Below, one piece after another: positions 39,908 to 55,000 of a stretch of DNA of 64,000 nt; the first letter of the stretch is position 1; each line of letters begins with the position of its first letter. Below the pieces are notes generated by a model, which saw nothing but the letters and a program-made list of their open reading frames with translations, was not told the origin of the DNA and ran no database searches. A program made the position numbers and the translations under genes. Origin of the DNA: Lama guanicoe (taxonomy: Eukaryota); assembly GCA_013239625.1 (NCBI GenBank), contig MU053365.1:2328115-2392114 (forward strand), in the 5' to 3' direction.

Positions 39908-40095
39908 ACAGTGGTTCTCAATCTTGGCTGCACATTAGAATCACAGGGGGAACATTTAAAAACTGCTGTTACTTTGGACCCACCCCTAGAAATTCTAATT
40001 TAATTGGTCTGGGGTGAAGCCCCAGGCAATGGCATTTTTTTCAAAGACTGCTCCCCCTCCTTGTGATATATGTGCAGCAAGGTGGAGAAGCACTG
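39908..40095. mobile_element. hAT MER5B-like
   Basis: cagtggttctcaatcttggctgcacattagaatcac..ttaattggtctggggtg. Confidence 0.75.
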
Positions 40096-43000
40096 ATGAA
40101 ATTTAATAATTGACCTCTCTTACTGAGGTTTCACCTTTTACTCTAAATAAAATGTACCCATCCCAGGAACAATCAGAGCTGGACACAGGGCTGCAGGCTG
40201 GTGGCATGTAGGAGCAGCGCATGCTTCTCCTTTGGCTGCGCCTCTTCAGTCCAGTCTCCAGGTACTCAGAGTCTATAGCCCTCAGCCCAGATTGCTGGAA
40301 GTTCTGTGTTACACACATGGAACACACTGCTGATAGATCTTCAACCTCATAAGGGGCTGAAAGTCTTGACCTTATATGTGGTTCTAAAAGGTATTTGCTC
40401 TTTTTAATCCTGAGAAGGATGCTTTTAGGTACAAATAGACTTGGAATTCAACCATGGTGCTCTTATTCAGGGAAGTAATACATTTACAAAGGATGAATGA
40501 ATTCCAGAGTTATTCAGTAATTACACGTGTATAAAGCCACAATCTATAGAATTCTCAGTAACATTCATTGTCGCCAACTAAATCATTTCCATGTATATAC
40601 ATTTTTCCCTTCACCTTTTGTGTAAATGGTAAGAATGTGTCAGAGTGAATGTTTCTTTCAGCCTATCATTTAACATTAAATAGTGCCAGTCTGAAACAGG
40701 AATCAGATCTCTTGAGATTTTACGCCCAGTGACTGAAAGCCCCAGGGCATCCTGCATAGGAGTCCTGTGGAAAGAATGTCTTCATCTTTAGTAAAAATTA
40801 TGAAGGAATTATGGGAGTTACTACTGATATTAAACATCGTATGTAGGAGGTAGTACATTTTATGATTTATAAATTGACCTATAAATAGCAGTAGGAAAAA
40901 CAGTCTTAACAGCAAACATAAAACTGGTGAGATAAATAAAAGCATCAGCATTTCCGAAACACAGGAGCTTCTTTTTGTAGCTACAGGAGATGATTGCTTT
41001 CATTATTATCACAATTATTATCTGTTTTTTCTATAGTTTAGCAGATCCAGGCCCCACATCCTATTGTGTTGTCCTGAAAATATGCTTCCTGAGAGGGGGG
41101 GAAAGAGTGAATAGGCATTCAGTGGGCTACTTCCCTAACTCTTGAGGCAATAGATAAACAACATAAATCTCCCCCCAAAATGTACACTGTGGGCACTTGT
41201 CTGAATTTGAAGCTCTCATCTCTTCCCATAATGACTCCTTCATTGCCATGGGTGTGTACAGGACTTTCTGGTGTTTAGAGCATTGTGTTCATCAGAAATT
41301 CCCTGTTCCTACCCTTCTTACTGGTAAATGGACTTGCCTCTGTGGACAGCAAGTCATGGCTTTGACTTCCATATGGAATGGACATGCTATAGGAAGCTAC
41401 TCTGGAGTAGGGAGGGGGAGTTGGAAGACTGGGCAGAGAGAACTTTTGCAGGGGGAACTCTTTAGTTAAATGGCCCTAGTAGTCATTTGAAGTTACTTTA
41501 TCACCAGTAACAAAAGAAGATAAATAGCTAGCTAGCTAGACAGAGGATGTAGGGAGGGAGGGTAAAAGGGTCCCTCACATCACAAAATTAGACAGGGCTT
41601 TGCATGTAATATGTTGCTTTGATTACAGAGAAGAAATAAGTGTTAAACTCAACCAGCATAATCTTTGGCTAGGGGGTCTCTGGTTGACAGGGAGCAGAAT
41701 CAAGGGACTGGGAGTGAAGCCTCTCTTTTTTAGTATCCTAAGCATGATTACCATATTTAGAAGGGCAGTACTTGGCACTACCAAGAGAGGAAAATTAGGA
41801 TTCATCAGCTTCTCTTACCAGCCAGTGAGAGAATGTTGAATTTGGTATTTGCTTGATTAGATTTGTTAATATAATTCTGTGTCTGCAGTACTTGGAAGAC
41901 ATGCGCTGAGGGTAAAATCACCGTCTGGGATAGTGTGATAGGTACTCTCAAATATCACACCTACTAAACAGAGCACGATGCTCTGTGAATTTTTAATCCA
42001 GTCTGAGCCAGAACCAGAAACAGGAATTTCTGATGAGATAATGTTTGCTATTTCTATATGATTTCTCAAAAATGATCTGACAATAAAACACCACACATAC
42101 ACACCCACAAAACAGTCATAGGTTTATACGTGCTTCCAGCGTGGGCCCATGGGATTACTACTGGGTTCATCAGGGATCTGTGGATTCTTCCTTCAAGATA
42201 TCTTGGGTCTTCTTTTCTTCCTTTCATGCTCTGTACTATTGCAATAGACTATTTCTTAAAATTTCATTGAAATACAGTTTACATGTAAATATAATTTTAC
42301 TGGGCAAGTTGTTGGGATTGATTGCAGAAAGATCAAAGGTAAATTTTTTAAATGTGACATTGCTTGGTTCATTTTGGATAGACATAAAAAAATTCATCTC
42401 CTGATTTTGCTGAATTTTCTATAAAATCTCCTCTTCTATTTCCATTGGCATACCTCAGTGAGACTTGTTTCTGTACTGTTTTTGTATATTTAAATTTTTT
42501 TAAATTGTGGCTTTCCAGCATTACATGGACTCCGGGTCTTGTATCCAGTGCTTCCAGAGCAAATCTTTTTGCTACCCTGGAGGATCTGAGAAGGTGATGC
42601 AAAGACGGCAGAAGGGTCTCAGTGCTCCGGTTGTTCTGGAAATGTCTGAGTATAATAACAGTGGAACAAACCCTGAAAGAGTTGTGGGCCGGGAAACTCC
42701 ACTGAATTTCCCCTGGGGACAAATATGTGGAGAAGAGTTCTGAGTTGTTGCTTCCTGTGCAAATCAGCTGTTATGGACCACATAACAAGTAAAAAAACTG
42801 AAGCAGAAATTGTTCTTACTATGAAATGATGTGTGTTAATAGGACAGGTAACAGAACTACTTTGACGACAAAAATCATATAAGGAAAACCTTTAAAAAAA
42901 ACTTCCAGAAGATATAACAATGAGTAAACATAAGCATCCTTCATTCTGATAGTAACTTTATTGTAAATTACACACACAACAAAAAATAATTCTACCAAAA

Positions 43001-45024
43001 GGGCAAAAAAAAGCACATAGAGGTGCCTTATGAATAAATTATTATCCATTTGTCCATGTCTTTCACAGCGATACTATTTATTTTGCACAGATCCTACGAA
43101 ATGGACCTTTTTTCACTCCAGAATGAGTTTTATTTTATTTTCTTGAATTATTAATGATACACTTTATTAGCCATATGTCAGCATCACGAACATTTTTCAC
43201 CGAAAGGACGGTGGGGTTGGCCCGAAAGAGAAAGCAGCCTGACCTCTCCTGGCAGCGACTCTGCCTCCTCTCCCTTCTGGCCCCAGGAGGGTACTCCATT
43301 TTCCTGCCATGGCTTCTCACGAGGGGACTGTGAATTTCTCCCACTTCCTTTTCACCAGAACTTGAGAAGACTCCTGCACTCAACAAAATGGGGCTGGGCA
43401 TCTGGGGATTTGCAATACTGACTTTCCGGCAGGTCCTCATTTACCAGCCACTGCTGGGCTTTGGCCTCTGAGCCAGAGCCTTCCTGCTTTCGTATTCACT
43501 GGCATTGCTGTGTTAGCACCTCCAGGGAAAATCTCCTTCTGAAAATATCTTTTTGTATAATATGGAAGACTTCCAGAAAAGCAAAATGTGTAAAGTTTTG
43601 TTGTTTTATTCCCCCCAAAAAGTTTTTCTTTCCCTATGTTTTCCATCTTTTTTTTTTTAATGAGTACATCTTATTTGCTCTTTAATGAAAGGATTATGCC
43701 ATCATCATGGTTGAGAGTTTAATTTCACATTATCCTGAGGGATGTACTCTTCCAAATTATCCTCATGTCAGTGCAGTCATGGGAATTACATCTGCATTTT
43801 TGAATTACAATATTTGGCAAATGTCCCTTCAGGGTTTTAGTTCTATAAGAAAAAGCAAGAAAAAATACTGAAAATCGCTGTCAGAACACCATGTTCAGTG
43901 CTCCAGAAAAGACCTTTTATCATCTTACTAAATTCTTCAAACTAAAGTATGGAAGAGATACAGTAGCAGGTAGAAACTTCTCTCCTAAAGACCAAGTAAA
44001 GCTAGACCTTTTAGAGAAAAAAATGATAATATGGCCTGAATTCTAAATGAAGCTGTCCTTTTCAGATCCTTTTGGCTCAGTGGTGCTAATTACAGTTTGT
44101 CCTTTGGCCATCTTGAAATCACGAATGGTGTTTCATATTAGTCACCAGGACAGTCACCTTATTCTGGGAGTCCAAATGGGTAGGTTACTGTGCAGATCCA
44201 TTAAGAACTCATCAAACAGCCTTGAAGCACATAGACTCAAGTGTTGACAGTGTTTGTTTCTGGGTGGTAGGTAGGATTATGGATTTTTTGCCTTTCACTT
44301 TTCCATGTTTCCTGAATTGTTCACAGTGAGGTATAGTATTATTTTCATAGTTCTTGTAATCTGGGTACCCCCAGAATCCAGAGCCTGAAATGAGAGCTCA
44401 CATGAAGTGTTTTTTTTGGGGGCGGGGGGAGGTGGTCTCTGAGAAGGAAGTGGAGGAAATAGAAGGAAGAGAAGGAGTGGAAGACTGGGGAGGAGTATAA
44501 CAAGGAAGGAATTACCGTTGTGGTCAACAGAGACTCTGTGCCTGTGGACCTCCTGAGGAGATGTGAAGAATGCATTGCACAGTGATTTTCTAGATAAGCA
44601 TGGATGAAGGGAGCATTTATCCACCAGTTCCCATGGCTTCATTGGTCATTGGTTGCCTTACATGGTGCTAACTTCATAGAAATTCTGTTGGAGCATGTGC
44701 AAGTGCCAGGCAGGTTTCCAAAGATGCCCCTACTGTGACAGTCTAAAAGCCCTGGGGCAGAGAGCCAGGGATAGAAAAAGGTGGCCTAAAAGACTGCTTG
44801 CCCACAGCAAGGACTAGAGTAAAATGTAGGCCTACAGGATGTGAGGCACATGAAGTTCCAATATAATGATGCAAAGATAATAGACATTTTCATTTTGCAA
44901 AAAATAAAAATAATAAAACTCTTGGAGCTTTGCTTGATGCTTCAAGGGAAAATAAAATTTTTGTCTTAAGAAATAGGTATTTTCATTACTTTTCTATTAT
45001 TGTTGTAGAAAGTGACCAATAATA

Positions 45025-45952
45025 TTTTGGATTGTTTGAGTGGCTTAAAAGAACACCCATTTAACCTTGAAGACATTATGCTAAGTTTGAAATATGCCAG
45101 GTGCAAGAGGACAAATACCATTTGGTTATACTGATATGAGGGATCTAGGGTTGTCAAATACACAGACAGAAAGTAGAACAGAGGTTGCTAGGGGCTGGGG
45201 GTGCAGAGAAATGAGGAGGAGTTGTTTAATAAAACGTTCTGGAGATGGATAGTGGTTATAGTTGAACAGCAGCGTGAATGTACTTACTGCCACTGAACTG
45301 TACACTTAAAATGATTAAAGTGCTAAGTGTTATGTATATTGTACCACACACAAAGCCCCAACATATTTATGATCTCACAGTTCTGTCCGTCAGAAGTTAG
45401 AGTATAGCATGGCTCAGCTAGGTCCTCTGATTAGGATCTCATTAAGGTCAAAATCAAGGTGTCAGCAGGGTTGTGTTCCTTTCGGGGAACTCCAGGGATG
45501 AATCTCCTTCCAAGGTCATTTAGTTTGTTGGCCAGAATCAGTTCCTTGTGTTTGTAGGACTGTAGCTCCGTTTCCTACGTGACTGTCAGCCAGGTGCTGG
45601 TCTGTGCTTGTAGAGATTGCATTACTCCAATCACATGAGCGTCTTCTCTCTGTGTGTCTTCACACAGTCTTTTCTCTGTGTCTGTGTACAAATTTCCCTT
45701 TTTTATTAGGATACTGGTCATCTTAGACTAGGGCCCACCTCATTTAACTTCATTATCTCAAAAAGACCCTATTTCCAAATAAGGTCACAATCCGAGATAC
45801 TGGGATTAGGACCTCAACATACCTTTTGGAAGTACACAATTCAGCTTGTAACACCAGGTTGTGTTACCAGGTTGAAGTAACATATTTCCAAGATTTAGGG
45901 GTTAGGATGTGAGCATCTTTTGGGGGGAGGGGCACATTTTGCCCATTCACAC
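45025..45952 (-). mobile_element. MLT1 LTR with nested L1MB 3' fragment (45062-45350, +) and a second MLT1 fragment (about 45640-45853)
   Basis: agtggcttaaaagaac..|aaccttgaagacattatgctaagt..|atttatgatctcacagttctg. Confidence 0.65.
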
Positions 45953-46175
45953 CTTCAAACTTTCCTTTATGACTGTCTGTTAGAATAATCCTCAGAGTGG
46001 TCACACACTTCTTGTTTTGTTAGTGCCTTGTGAAAGAAATTAACTTTATCTGAAAATAGATGTTCACAATTGCATACAATTATCCAGGAAATTTCTGGAG
46101 ATGAGAGTTTACATTTTCTGACTATGGTTATCAATGATTATCCTGCAGGACCCCTTGGTGTGGGCTATATTACAG

Positions 46176-46176
<1 letters not shown>

Positions 46177-46221
<45 letters not shown>

Positions 46222-46223
46222 AC
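46177..46223. repeat. (CA)n microsatellite
   Basis: Seen directly. Confidence 0.95.
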
Positions 46224-49200
46224 GTATTGTAAAGACTCCACTTAAATGGCCTTATATAATGCTATATTTTAAAGACTTAGAGGAATAAATGGTAACTTAT
46301 TTCCTCACTTTCAAATTCTTTTCTTTTCTCATAAAGATCTCTTTGAATTAAGAATCAGTCTTTCTGGAAGGCTTCCAGTATTCATTTATTCCTATTTCTT
46401 TTCCTTTCTTTCTTTTGAAGTATTTCTCTTTCCCTTATCTTTTCATGTATTCATTTCATATATATACTCATTCAACAAACATGTACTGGCCTTCTCGGTG
46501 CCAGGTATATTCTAGATACTATGGAATATAGAGATGAATCCAGCCTAGTCCCTGGCCTCAGGTGCTCACAGTATAGTGATTGGAAGAGTTATTCTCTTAT
46601 AGTCCATTCTCAAGACTGTCTCCCCAGCTAGACCATCATCACTGAAACTCCTTGTCTCCATCTTTTACCTTTTACAACCCTCAGCATAGTGCTTCACTTA
46701 GTGTGACTTTGGATTTTTCCATTTTATTAAATTTAATCTTTTCAGTTGCTTAATCTTTAGGATTTTCACCTACAAATGGCACAGATACCATTGTGTCCTT
46801 CCTCACTTTCTCTTGGTCCACCTTTTCAACTCTGGTTGTTGCTGTGGCAACCAGCTGCAGGCCTCAGAGCAGCTCACCTCAGCTGCACCACATACCTCTG
46901 CCTTTTGCTGTTGCTGCTGAGTAGTAAACCTTCAGAAACTTGCTTACTCGTTTGTTTGATTTTATCATAAATAGGCTTACCAGCTAAAAAACAGGACACA
47001 CAATTAAATACATATTTCTGATGAGAAACTTTTTCTTTGTTTTTAGTATAAGTGTGCCTCATATTGTATGGAACAAACTTACACTAAAAGAAATTTATAG
47101 TTTATCTGAAATTCAAATTTAACTGGCATTTCAAATTTTTATTTTCTAAATCTGGCAACCTTAATTGTAAAGTTGTAGTTGTGAATGAGTTGATACTTGC
47201 TAGGCACAACCTTTGACCAGTGGAGGAAGGGCTACAGTGGATACACTCCCCTCTCTTGTCGCTCAGGTGGACAATTCTGAGAAACATTCTAAGTGACTTC
47301 TCAGAGGATCCCCCACAGGACTGAGCCATGGTTGACCACAGCTATGAATAGCTGATTAACAAAGCTTTGGTTTGTTTCCTTCACATTTCCCTGGTTCACT
47401 CTTTCCAGGCCCCTTCTCCAATTCTTTGGGGTCACTAGTTGCATGCCACTTCTTCCCTCTATCTCTTCTTTTGGAGGAAATCCAAGCAAAGCACTTTCTT
47501 TTCCATTATTATACTCAGACTCCAGGTACAATGCCTAGTCTGATTGTGAATGAGAAATGAATGCTTGTTGTTATAAATATATAATATATGCAGGCTTTTT
47601 TTAACCACAGCAAAAGTTAACACAATTCCTATTTAGAAAGGAGAACAGGAGACACAGAACAGTCAATAGGCTGTGATAGTTTTCAGATTCCCCTGGGAAG
47701 ATGCTGTGACGCCATCCTTCCTCTTGGGCTGGGAACGTTCCTTGATTGGACTCTGATTCTGCACTCTGAGAGAACTCCGTTGTTCATTGGTCTCCATGGT
47801 TCATGGGTCTACCCTCTGGGAGGCCGTTCCTTGTTTATTCTCCTTGGCCACATCTGAAATGTGTTTTGGGAAGAAAGCTCTCTTTAAGGGCTGCAGAGCC
47901 TTTGAAGTCAGCTCCTAATCATGGAAGATTAAAGGACCCAGGTTTGTTGTTTTTGTATAGAGTAATCCAAGGAACTTCATTCTAGGCTTATGGTTTCTGT
48001 AACAGTACAGTTACCTCTGAATTTAGTAATCTATTTGTATTTAGTTCTATGTGTCAGTAACTACATTCAAAGAAGTTTTTTTCTGGACATAATTCTCAAA
48101 TATCCCTTATTTCTTTGCTTCTTTACCCTCAGACCTCTCTCGACTATGGTTAAAAATATTTAGAACAGCACATAGAAAGGCTACCTCCTTAATTTGGTCT
48201 CTATCTAGAGTTACTTTGAGAGGTTTTACTGGGCATTTGAGTCTTTAAGTCTGCATTATACTGTCTGCTATCATTTGCATTATGCAAGCAAATGGCTTTT
48301 CCAATTCAACAAGGCTCCAGTTTTCTGGACCTTCCTTTATCCTTTGATTTCTTTTCAGAAACCAACCACTTCTCTTTTAGGTCATCTTATGTAATATCTT
48401 GCCAGAACAGAGTCAATAGTACCTAACACATGCTGCTAACATTTTGTTTTTAATCCTCTTCCATTATAAACACCAACTATGTAACTTCACCATCTGTAAT
48501 TAAGTTAATGTACTGATAGTACCAAATATTTTGCTGTTAAATTAAATAGATCTCTAGTCATCCAGGTTGTTTGTGTCTCCTTGACACCAAGCTGCCTGAC
48601 CACTAAGGCAATGATACATACTTCTGTTATTTTTACAGTTTCATGCCACTTCTGGTACCAGTTTTTGTAATAGGTGAAGTTCGGTTTAAAAAGAACACCT
48701 TGGCAGCTATGAGTAGAAAAGTGTCTGGAGCGTCCAGAGTGAGAAGAATCATTTAGCAGGATACCGCTCTTATGTAGCTGAAAGTTATGTAGACCCCTAC
48801 CTATGGATAGTATGGAAAAAAAAATAAACAAAACAGATTTCTTAATCAATTGTTTTCAGTTATTGCTATCAGTAAAATAGTGAAGTCTTGATCTCATCTG
48901 ATAACTAAGATAAACAAAAAACTGGATGATGAATCACACTGTTTAGACAGCCTATTATTTCTGTCATCATAACAAACTAAATAGGTTGTTTATGATTGAC
49001 TCGAATAACAACTGAAAATTTCATGAATCCGCTGCAGTCTTGTCACTTCAGTCAAACAGTATAAAGACAGTCAGTGGAAATATCTTTCTTGCTTTATTTA
49101 CCCTGATATAAGGAATTCAGCAGTTAGCATGAGCTCCTCTGGTTAGAAATGTAGACATAAGACCCTGGGGGCAAAGGCTTGCTCACTTGCTGTTAGAATC

Positions 49201-49769
49201 CCCCCTCAGGGCCAATTTCAAGCCCAGTGAAATATGTGATTTTGAAATTAATAGAAAATATGTATTACCAAACACTCAGGTCAAGGAGACCTATGAAATG
49301 CTACTTAATTTTGAGAACAGAAAGTTACAGGATAAATGCATTACGAAAAATGAATGTTTTCAATGACAAGGACTTTTTTCTAGGATCCATAAAGAGCTTA
49401 AGAGGGGAACCACTCTTCCATATGGTAAAATATAGGCTCTCGGGGACTAGGACTCCAATTTAGGTTATTCAGTTGCAAATGAGGAATTCATATAGCCAAA
49501 GAGAAAAATCACTCCAGATTTGTGTCATGTGGCTTTAATTCCAGGCAGTGCTATTTAGAACAAGTTAATCCTACTAAAATAATTTAGGGAACATCATTAT
49601 TTCTTTAGCACAAAGAAATATGTTCAACTGTGTGTGTTTACTACGTGCTAATTTACTTTAAAATGTTATCTATATAAGTATGTGTGACCAAAAATAAAAT
49701 AAAGGAAGCAGAAGAGAAAAAAAAAAAGAAATGCCCTCAGCTTCCACAAAAAGGTCTCTAGTTATTGAC

Positions 49770-50230
49770 TCAGTTTAGGTTCCCTGGAAAGCAAACTCTT
49801 GAGGTGGGGAATTGTATGCAAGAAGTTTATTGGTGAGTGTTCTCAGGATTAACACCTCTGGGGATGTGAAGGAAGGAAGATTAAGCAGAGGAAATTATAC
49901 TTGGTACAATCAAAACAAAGGCCTCAACCCAGCACCTCAGATAATTCTGGAGCTGAAATATCCCTGTAAATTTGTCTCAAATTGGGGTAAGGGCCTGGAC
50001 CATTATTACTCCTCCCATAACTCCCGTCCTGCCACCTTCCACACCCTACCTCCAGTGCACCCCACCTCCAGTCAGTCATTGGACACAGGCTGTCCAAGAG
50101 AAGGAGATGTGATTTTTGGGGAGCTGACTCAGCTGAGAAAAACCAGTCACTAACATTCCCAACAGCTGAGGAAATGAGTGCTTCAGTCCTGGCAGTGGGT
50201 AAACTAGAAGGCACATCACAGTGTCCACTC
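49770..50230 (-). mobile_element. ERVL/MaLR-type LTR
   Basis: ggttccctggaaagcaaactcttgagg..tgcaagaagtttattgg; similar start to 1780-1860. Confidence 0.6.
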
Positions 50231-50619
50231 GTTTTCTGTCAGGCAAATATACTACTAATAGCTATATGATTTATTGTGAATGTATGTGTTGGTGGTGGAG
50301 GAGTAGAAAGGGGTGGTAATGGAGAGGGAGGTTGATTGAGAAGGATCAGAGCCAGATACATGACTTTTTCCTCCTGTGAAATCAAATAACGTCAGTCTCC
50401 TTATAGTTCAGCTTCTTTAACAGCAGATGAATCCATAAAAGTTATTTGATTTAAAAGTATCTAACAAGATTCTCTGAACTTCAAAGCTAGGAGAACCCTT
50501 GGAGATCTTCCAGTTAAAAGCTCCAGAGATGTTAAATGCCCAAAGGCAGAAGCTAGACTAGAGCTTTGTATTCATGCTTGATGGCTAATGCATGATGGAA
50601 GTCAAGTGGCTGATACTGA

Positions 50620-52025
50620 AACATCGATTGTCATCCCAATAGCGGTTTTCCCCTTTTTTACTCTAAAATGACTCCTGACTTTGTTCAAGTATTGGAAGGA
50701 GGCAGTATGGTGAGCAGGGCTGGCGCTAGGTAAAGCAGTTGAAAGGTTTTCCTTCCTGATAAAAAGGAGATCCTGAAGGAGAGATTTCACTTTTTGTCTA
50801 TGGACAGAGGCATAAGAAGACGTGATGCCTTGAGCTGTTGCAGTCATCTTGCAGCCATGAGGGGATAAACCAACTGTGAATACCAGACGGTGCAGGGGAG
50901 AGCTTCATTCCTTGAGGGAGTGCTGCTGAGTGAACCAGCCCTGGAAATGCCTGCCTCAGGACTTCTGGAGAGGTGAGATGATAAATTTCCACTGTTTCAG
51001 TCATTTGCAATTGAGTGTTCTATCACTTACTGGCCAAGTTAATCCAACTTCTATAGGTCTTCTGCTAGCCCTTAAACATGGAGCTTTGTCCCACCTCCTC
51101 GTAAGGACTTTGATCCCCTTGAGCATGATTCTCTTTCTCAGAATGTCTCCCTAATACTAACAAATACATTTACCTGGAAGGTGTTACAGTTTAGCAGTAT
51201 CCTAAATTGATATCCCTGTTCCCCTACTTACTAGCTATGAGACCTTGGGTTAGTGACTTCACTACTCTGGGCCCTCAGTTTTCTCATTTGTAATATTTGG
51301 ATAATACTAGGACTTAACCTCAGAGGGTGGTTGTGAGGCATATGAGAATATATGTAAGAGCTTAATTAACACAGTGCCTAGTAAATAGTAAGAATTCATA
51401 GATGGTATGGATTATTAGCCTTTAATAGCTATTAATCCCCTCTCTGGGACATTTACTTATTAGATATATACAGAGGACCTTTGTTATCTTTCAGCCACAG
51501 GCGTTCATTTATTTTATCAGGAAATAGTCTTTTGAGACTCTACCCTTCCCCCATTTATTTGGCTATTTGGTTCAGGTGACACCCCACCCCACACTTCAGT
51601 TGGCAGAGCATGTGACCCAGGACTAAACCATCAACCATATTCCATTTGATCCATATGACCATGGCGATGGTGATTATTCAGATTTGGGCCCATAGTGAAA
51701 TAAAAACCAGTGAGATATAATGTCCGGGACATTTTAGAAATATACTCTCTTTCTAGTTGGTCTTGAACCTAAGAAGATGAAGAATTAGGATCTGTTGCCA
51801 CCATCTTGCTAACATGTTGCTCCAGAGACTGAAACTAATAAAGCAAAAGGCAGAACCAAAACACCTGTTCCTGATGATATCATTTTAACCTTGAATCTAG
51901 CCATACTCTGAGCCTTTCCTACCTCTGGACTCTGCAGGTATTTGAACCAATGAATTCTGCTTTTATTTAACCCAGTTTGGGTTAGTTTTATTTCATTTAT
52001 GACAAAAGGTATCCAAACTCATACC
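50620..52025 (+). mobile_element. Two MLT1-like LTRs flanking a MIR (about 51180-51410)
   Basis: gcagtcatcttgcagccatgagggga; catgtgacccagg..gccaccatcttg; MIR core gaccttgggttagtgacttcac..cctcagttttctcatttgtaa. Confidence 0.65.
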
Positions 52026-55000
52026 AAAAAAAAGGCTTTGTAACACAATATATCTTGACACTTCTGAGAGGATTGTGTTAGAAAGACCATCTTGCATATG
52101 TGTAATAGGTATCCTACCCTCTACTTTCTGTTCCCTCCTCCCTGCAGTGGCCAGTACACACTTGTACTAAGAAGCACTGTAGAAATTGTAAGGACTAATC
52201 AGTCTTCCTTGAGGAACTTCAAGTTTCTGCACCTATGACTTCCTTGGCTTCGTTTGTAGCATGTGCATAACCAGCTTCATAGAGATGTTACTTGGATTAA
52301 ATGAGCTCAGATATGTCAAGTACTTCTTATACTCTTGTTATCTTTACTACTGTATCTCAGGATGCTCAAAGACATTCCAGGCCAAGCAGCACAGATTTTA
52401 TTCCTTGGAACAACCCCATTTCAAGGGACCAGGTCCTCATTTATTTGAGGCTCTTGCTGTTGAGCACACCTGGCAGGAGTGGGAACGTAGTGTCTCTTCC
52501 AGGCAGCTCTTCCAGAGTATAAAGAGCCAAGGAGCAGGGGCACCAGCATGGGTAAATAAAGAGGAGCCTGGTTTTAACGTGAGAAAGTAGGGAGAAGGTC
52601 TGGTGGAGACATAGGGAGAGGAGGCAGTGGGTTGTCAGGGGAAACTGAGAGTGTGTGGAATGGCAGAGGGAAGTAAGCAAGGCATCCAGCCTAAGAGGCA
52701 GAAGGTCAGGAGGACTGGAATGTGAAAGGAAGGAGGAATATAAAGTGTCTGAAGGAGAGAGGGAGCACGGAGTGGAGGGTACCCACTCCCTCAGCCCATT
52801 ATAGCAATGCAGTGATTCCATGCGATCACCACTGACTTGACTTGAGGCTGGCAGAAGAGAGAAGAAGGGACTGACTGCCAGAGGGTACAGAACTGGGCCT
52901 GACAAGCAGTTCATATAAGCTCTTTTATTATCATGATCTGGTACTAGTTCATTTCTGTAACATTTTTCTGTTGATTACACACTTTTACCTCCATTGGATC
53001 ACTGAATCCTTACCACATCCCTGTGAAGGATGCAGGGCAGGGATTAAGATCTCTATTTTGTAAGTAAGGGAATAGAGGTTAAGCACCTTTCCCAGGGTCA
53101 CCTAGGAGTATGCAGTGCTTTCAGTTGTAGTTCATCAACCCTTCAGGTTTGTGGCACTGCCCTACATAAATATTGCCTTAGTTTCTGCTATTTCATAAAT
53201 GGTGTACATCAGTGTCACTCTCTCTGCGGTGCATCCTCTTTCCTGTGGCCCAAGCTGTCTTTCTAATCATGCCATTCCTCTACTCAGAAACATCAGTGGG
53301 TTTCCCACTGTTTACAGAGTAAAGTTTAAGCTGCAACACAGCTCTCAAGGTGTTTGCCTTTCGCAGCCTATCTACCTTTCCAAGTTATTTCTCACAGACC
53401 TTGAAAGCTGGGTTGCCCCAACTCGCCACCACTCTTGTGCTCCAGCCATGAAGGAGTATTAGCCAGTTCTCAAATACACCATGCCCTTTGGAAAGTCTGT
53501 ACCTCGGATATGCTTTTCTTATTGTCAGAAGCATTACTCACCCTTCTTGCCTGGCAAAAAAAAAAAAAAATCCTACTTACCCAGGAGCGTCTTCAAAGTT
53601 TGCCTCAATTGGAAACTTCCAAAATGTCACAGGCTGGTCACACAGGGTCGTCTTGAAGAAGCCCATGTCAAAGAGACTCTAGTACCTAAGGTTTGTAAAA
53701 CCAAGCAGCTTCTCCATCGAAAGCAATGAAGAAATATGACTCCCCCACACACACACCTATACCACCAAATTATCTGGAGGGAAATCTGCGAAAGTGGTGT
53801 GTCTGGACAGAGGACATGCATTGGGGACCAGGTCCCCAATACACCTTAAGAGTCCTTTTCTCAGGAATTACTGAAAGAGGAAAGAACCCAGAAGGACAGA
53901 AGTTTGGTGTTTCCTTCAAGGCTGTGAAGTGGAAGGTTGATATGATCTAAGAGACCAAAAAATAGGTCTAGGAAAACAAGAAGGAGAAGAATGGCATTGC
54001 AATCTGATAGCCAGTAATATAATTTTACCTAGTAACTTTGCCAGCAATAAATGCAATGCACTAGGAGCTTTAATATGAAGACTGGCATGCTAGGCAGAAA
54101 GCCAGCTCCTCCCTGCCTTATTTGCCCTGCCAAGAGAGTTGATGACTTAGGTGAGCTGCTACCCAAGATGGCAGAAGGAGGAAAGCAGTCAGGCCATCTC
54201 ACTAAGAATGGCAGTCACAGGACCTGGTCCAACTGGGAGAAGATTTGTACCTAAACTAGTCTAGCTCTAAGCAGGACCCAAATCCCATGTGAAGGGGTGC
54301 CAGGGAGACCATGCCAGACATCAAGTCTGAAGTATAGTCAAAAGAGAGAGTGACAGCAAAAGAAGTTTGGAAATACTGTGGATTAAAGGAGAGCAGAGTA
54401 GTTCAGAACAAAGGCTGTGGACAGCGAGGGAGTGCTGCGTTCCGTTTTTTATATCGTATAGTGTAGTTATGAAGACCGTGACCAAACATCCCCGTGTGTC
54501 ACTTACCAGTTTGGATTCTGTGGCTTTTTGTCAGGAAATGACCCTTGGCCCCAAGACAAAGGGTCTGAAATTTCATTGCTTTGACAGTTCTTCCATTTGA
54601 AGGATGTCTGGCTTCCAATTACTGTTGGGTCAAACTCAACATGATTTTGACCAATTTGTAGTTTAATTCAGAGATCACTGGTAGTTACTTTGAACTCAGA
54701 GGATCCTATCTGGTGGGCTGCACTAGTCTTTGTGGTTGGTCAGTCAGAAAGCAGAAGCATCTACAATGCTAGGCCACATAGCAATGTTCACTTTAATGTA
54801 ATCAGTGAAACCGATAACAGGAGATTAGAGTTTCATTACAATGTTTTTCAGAATAACTGACAATCCACAGGAGCTTTACACTTGTTTCATAACATGCAGT
54901 CTTTGTCAGAAGAAGCAGGTGGCTTGCAGTTTAATACAAGCATGTTCCTTCTTAGCAAACACTTTCCCCTCTGCTGGGAGTAATTCAGAGTTCAATTTAG

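Noticed and set aside
42369..43049. In-frame - strand ORFs with faint IL-1R/TLR TIR-like words (DAYVYS, SPGE, VQKQVSLRY)
   Set aside because: Three intervening stops, motif spacing does not fit a TIR domain, and the hydrophobic part reflects T-rich DNA. A Pfam TIR HMM hit would be needed.
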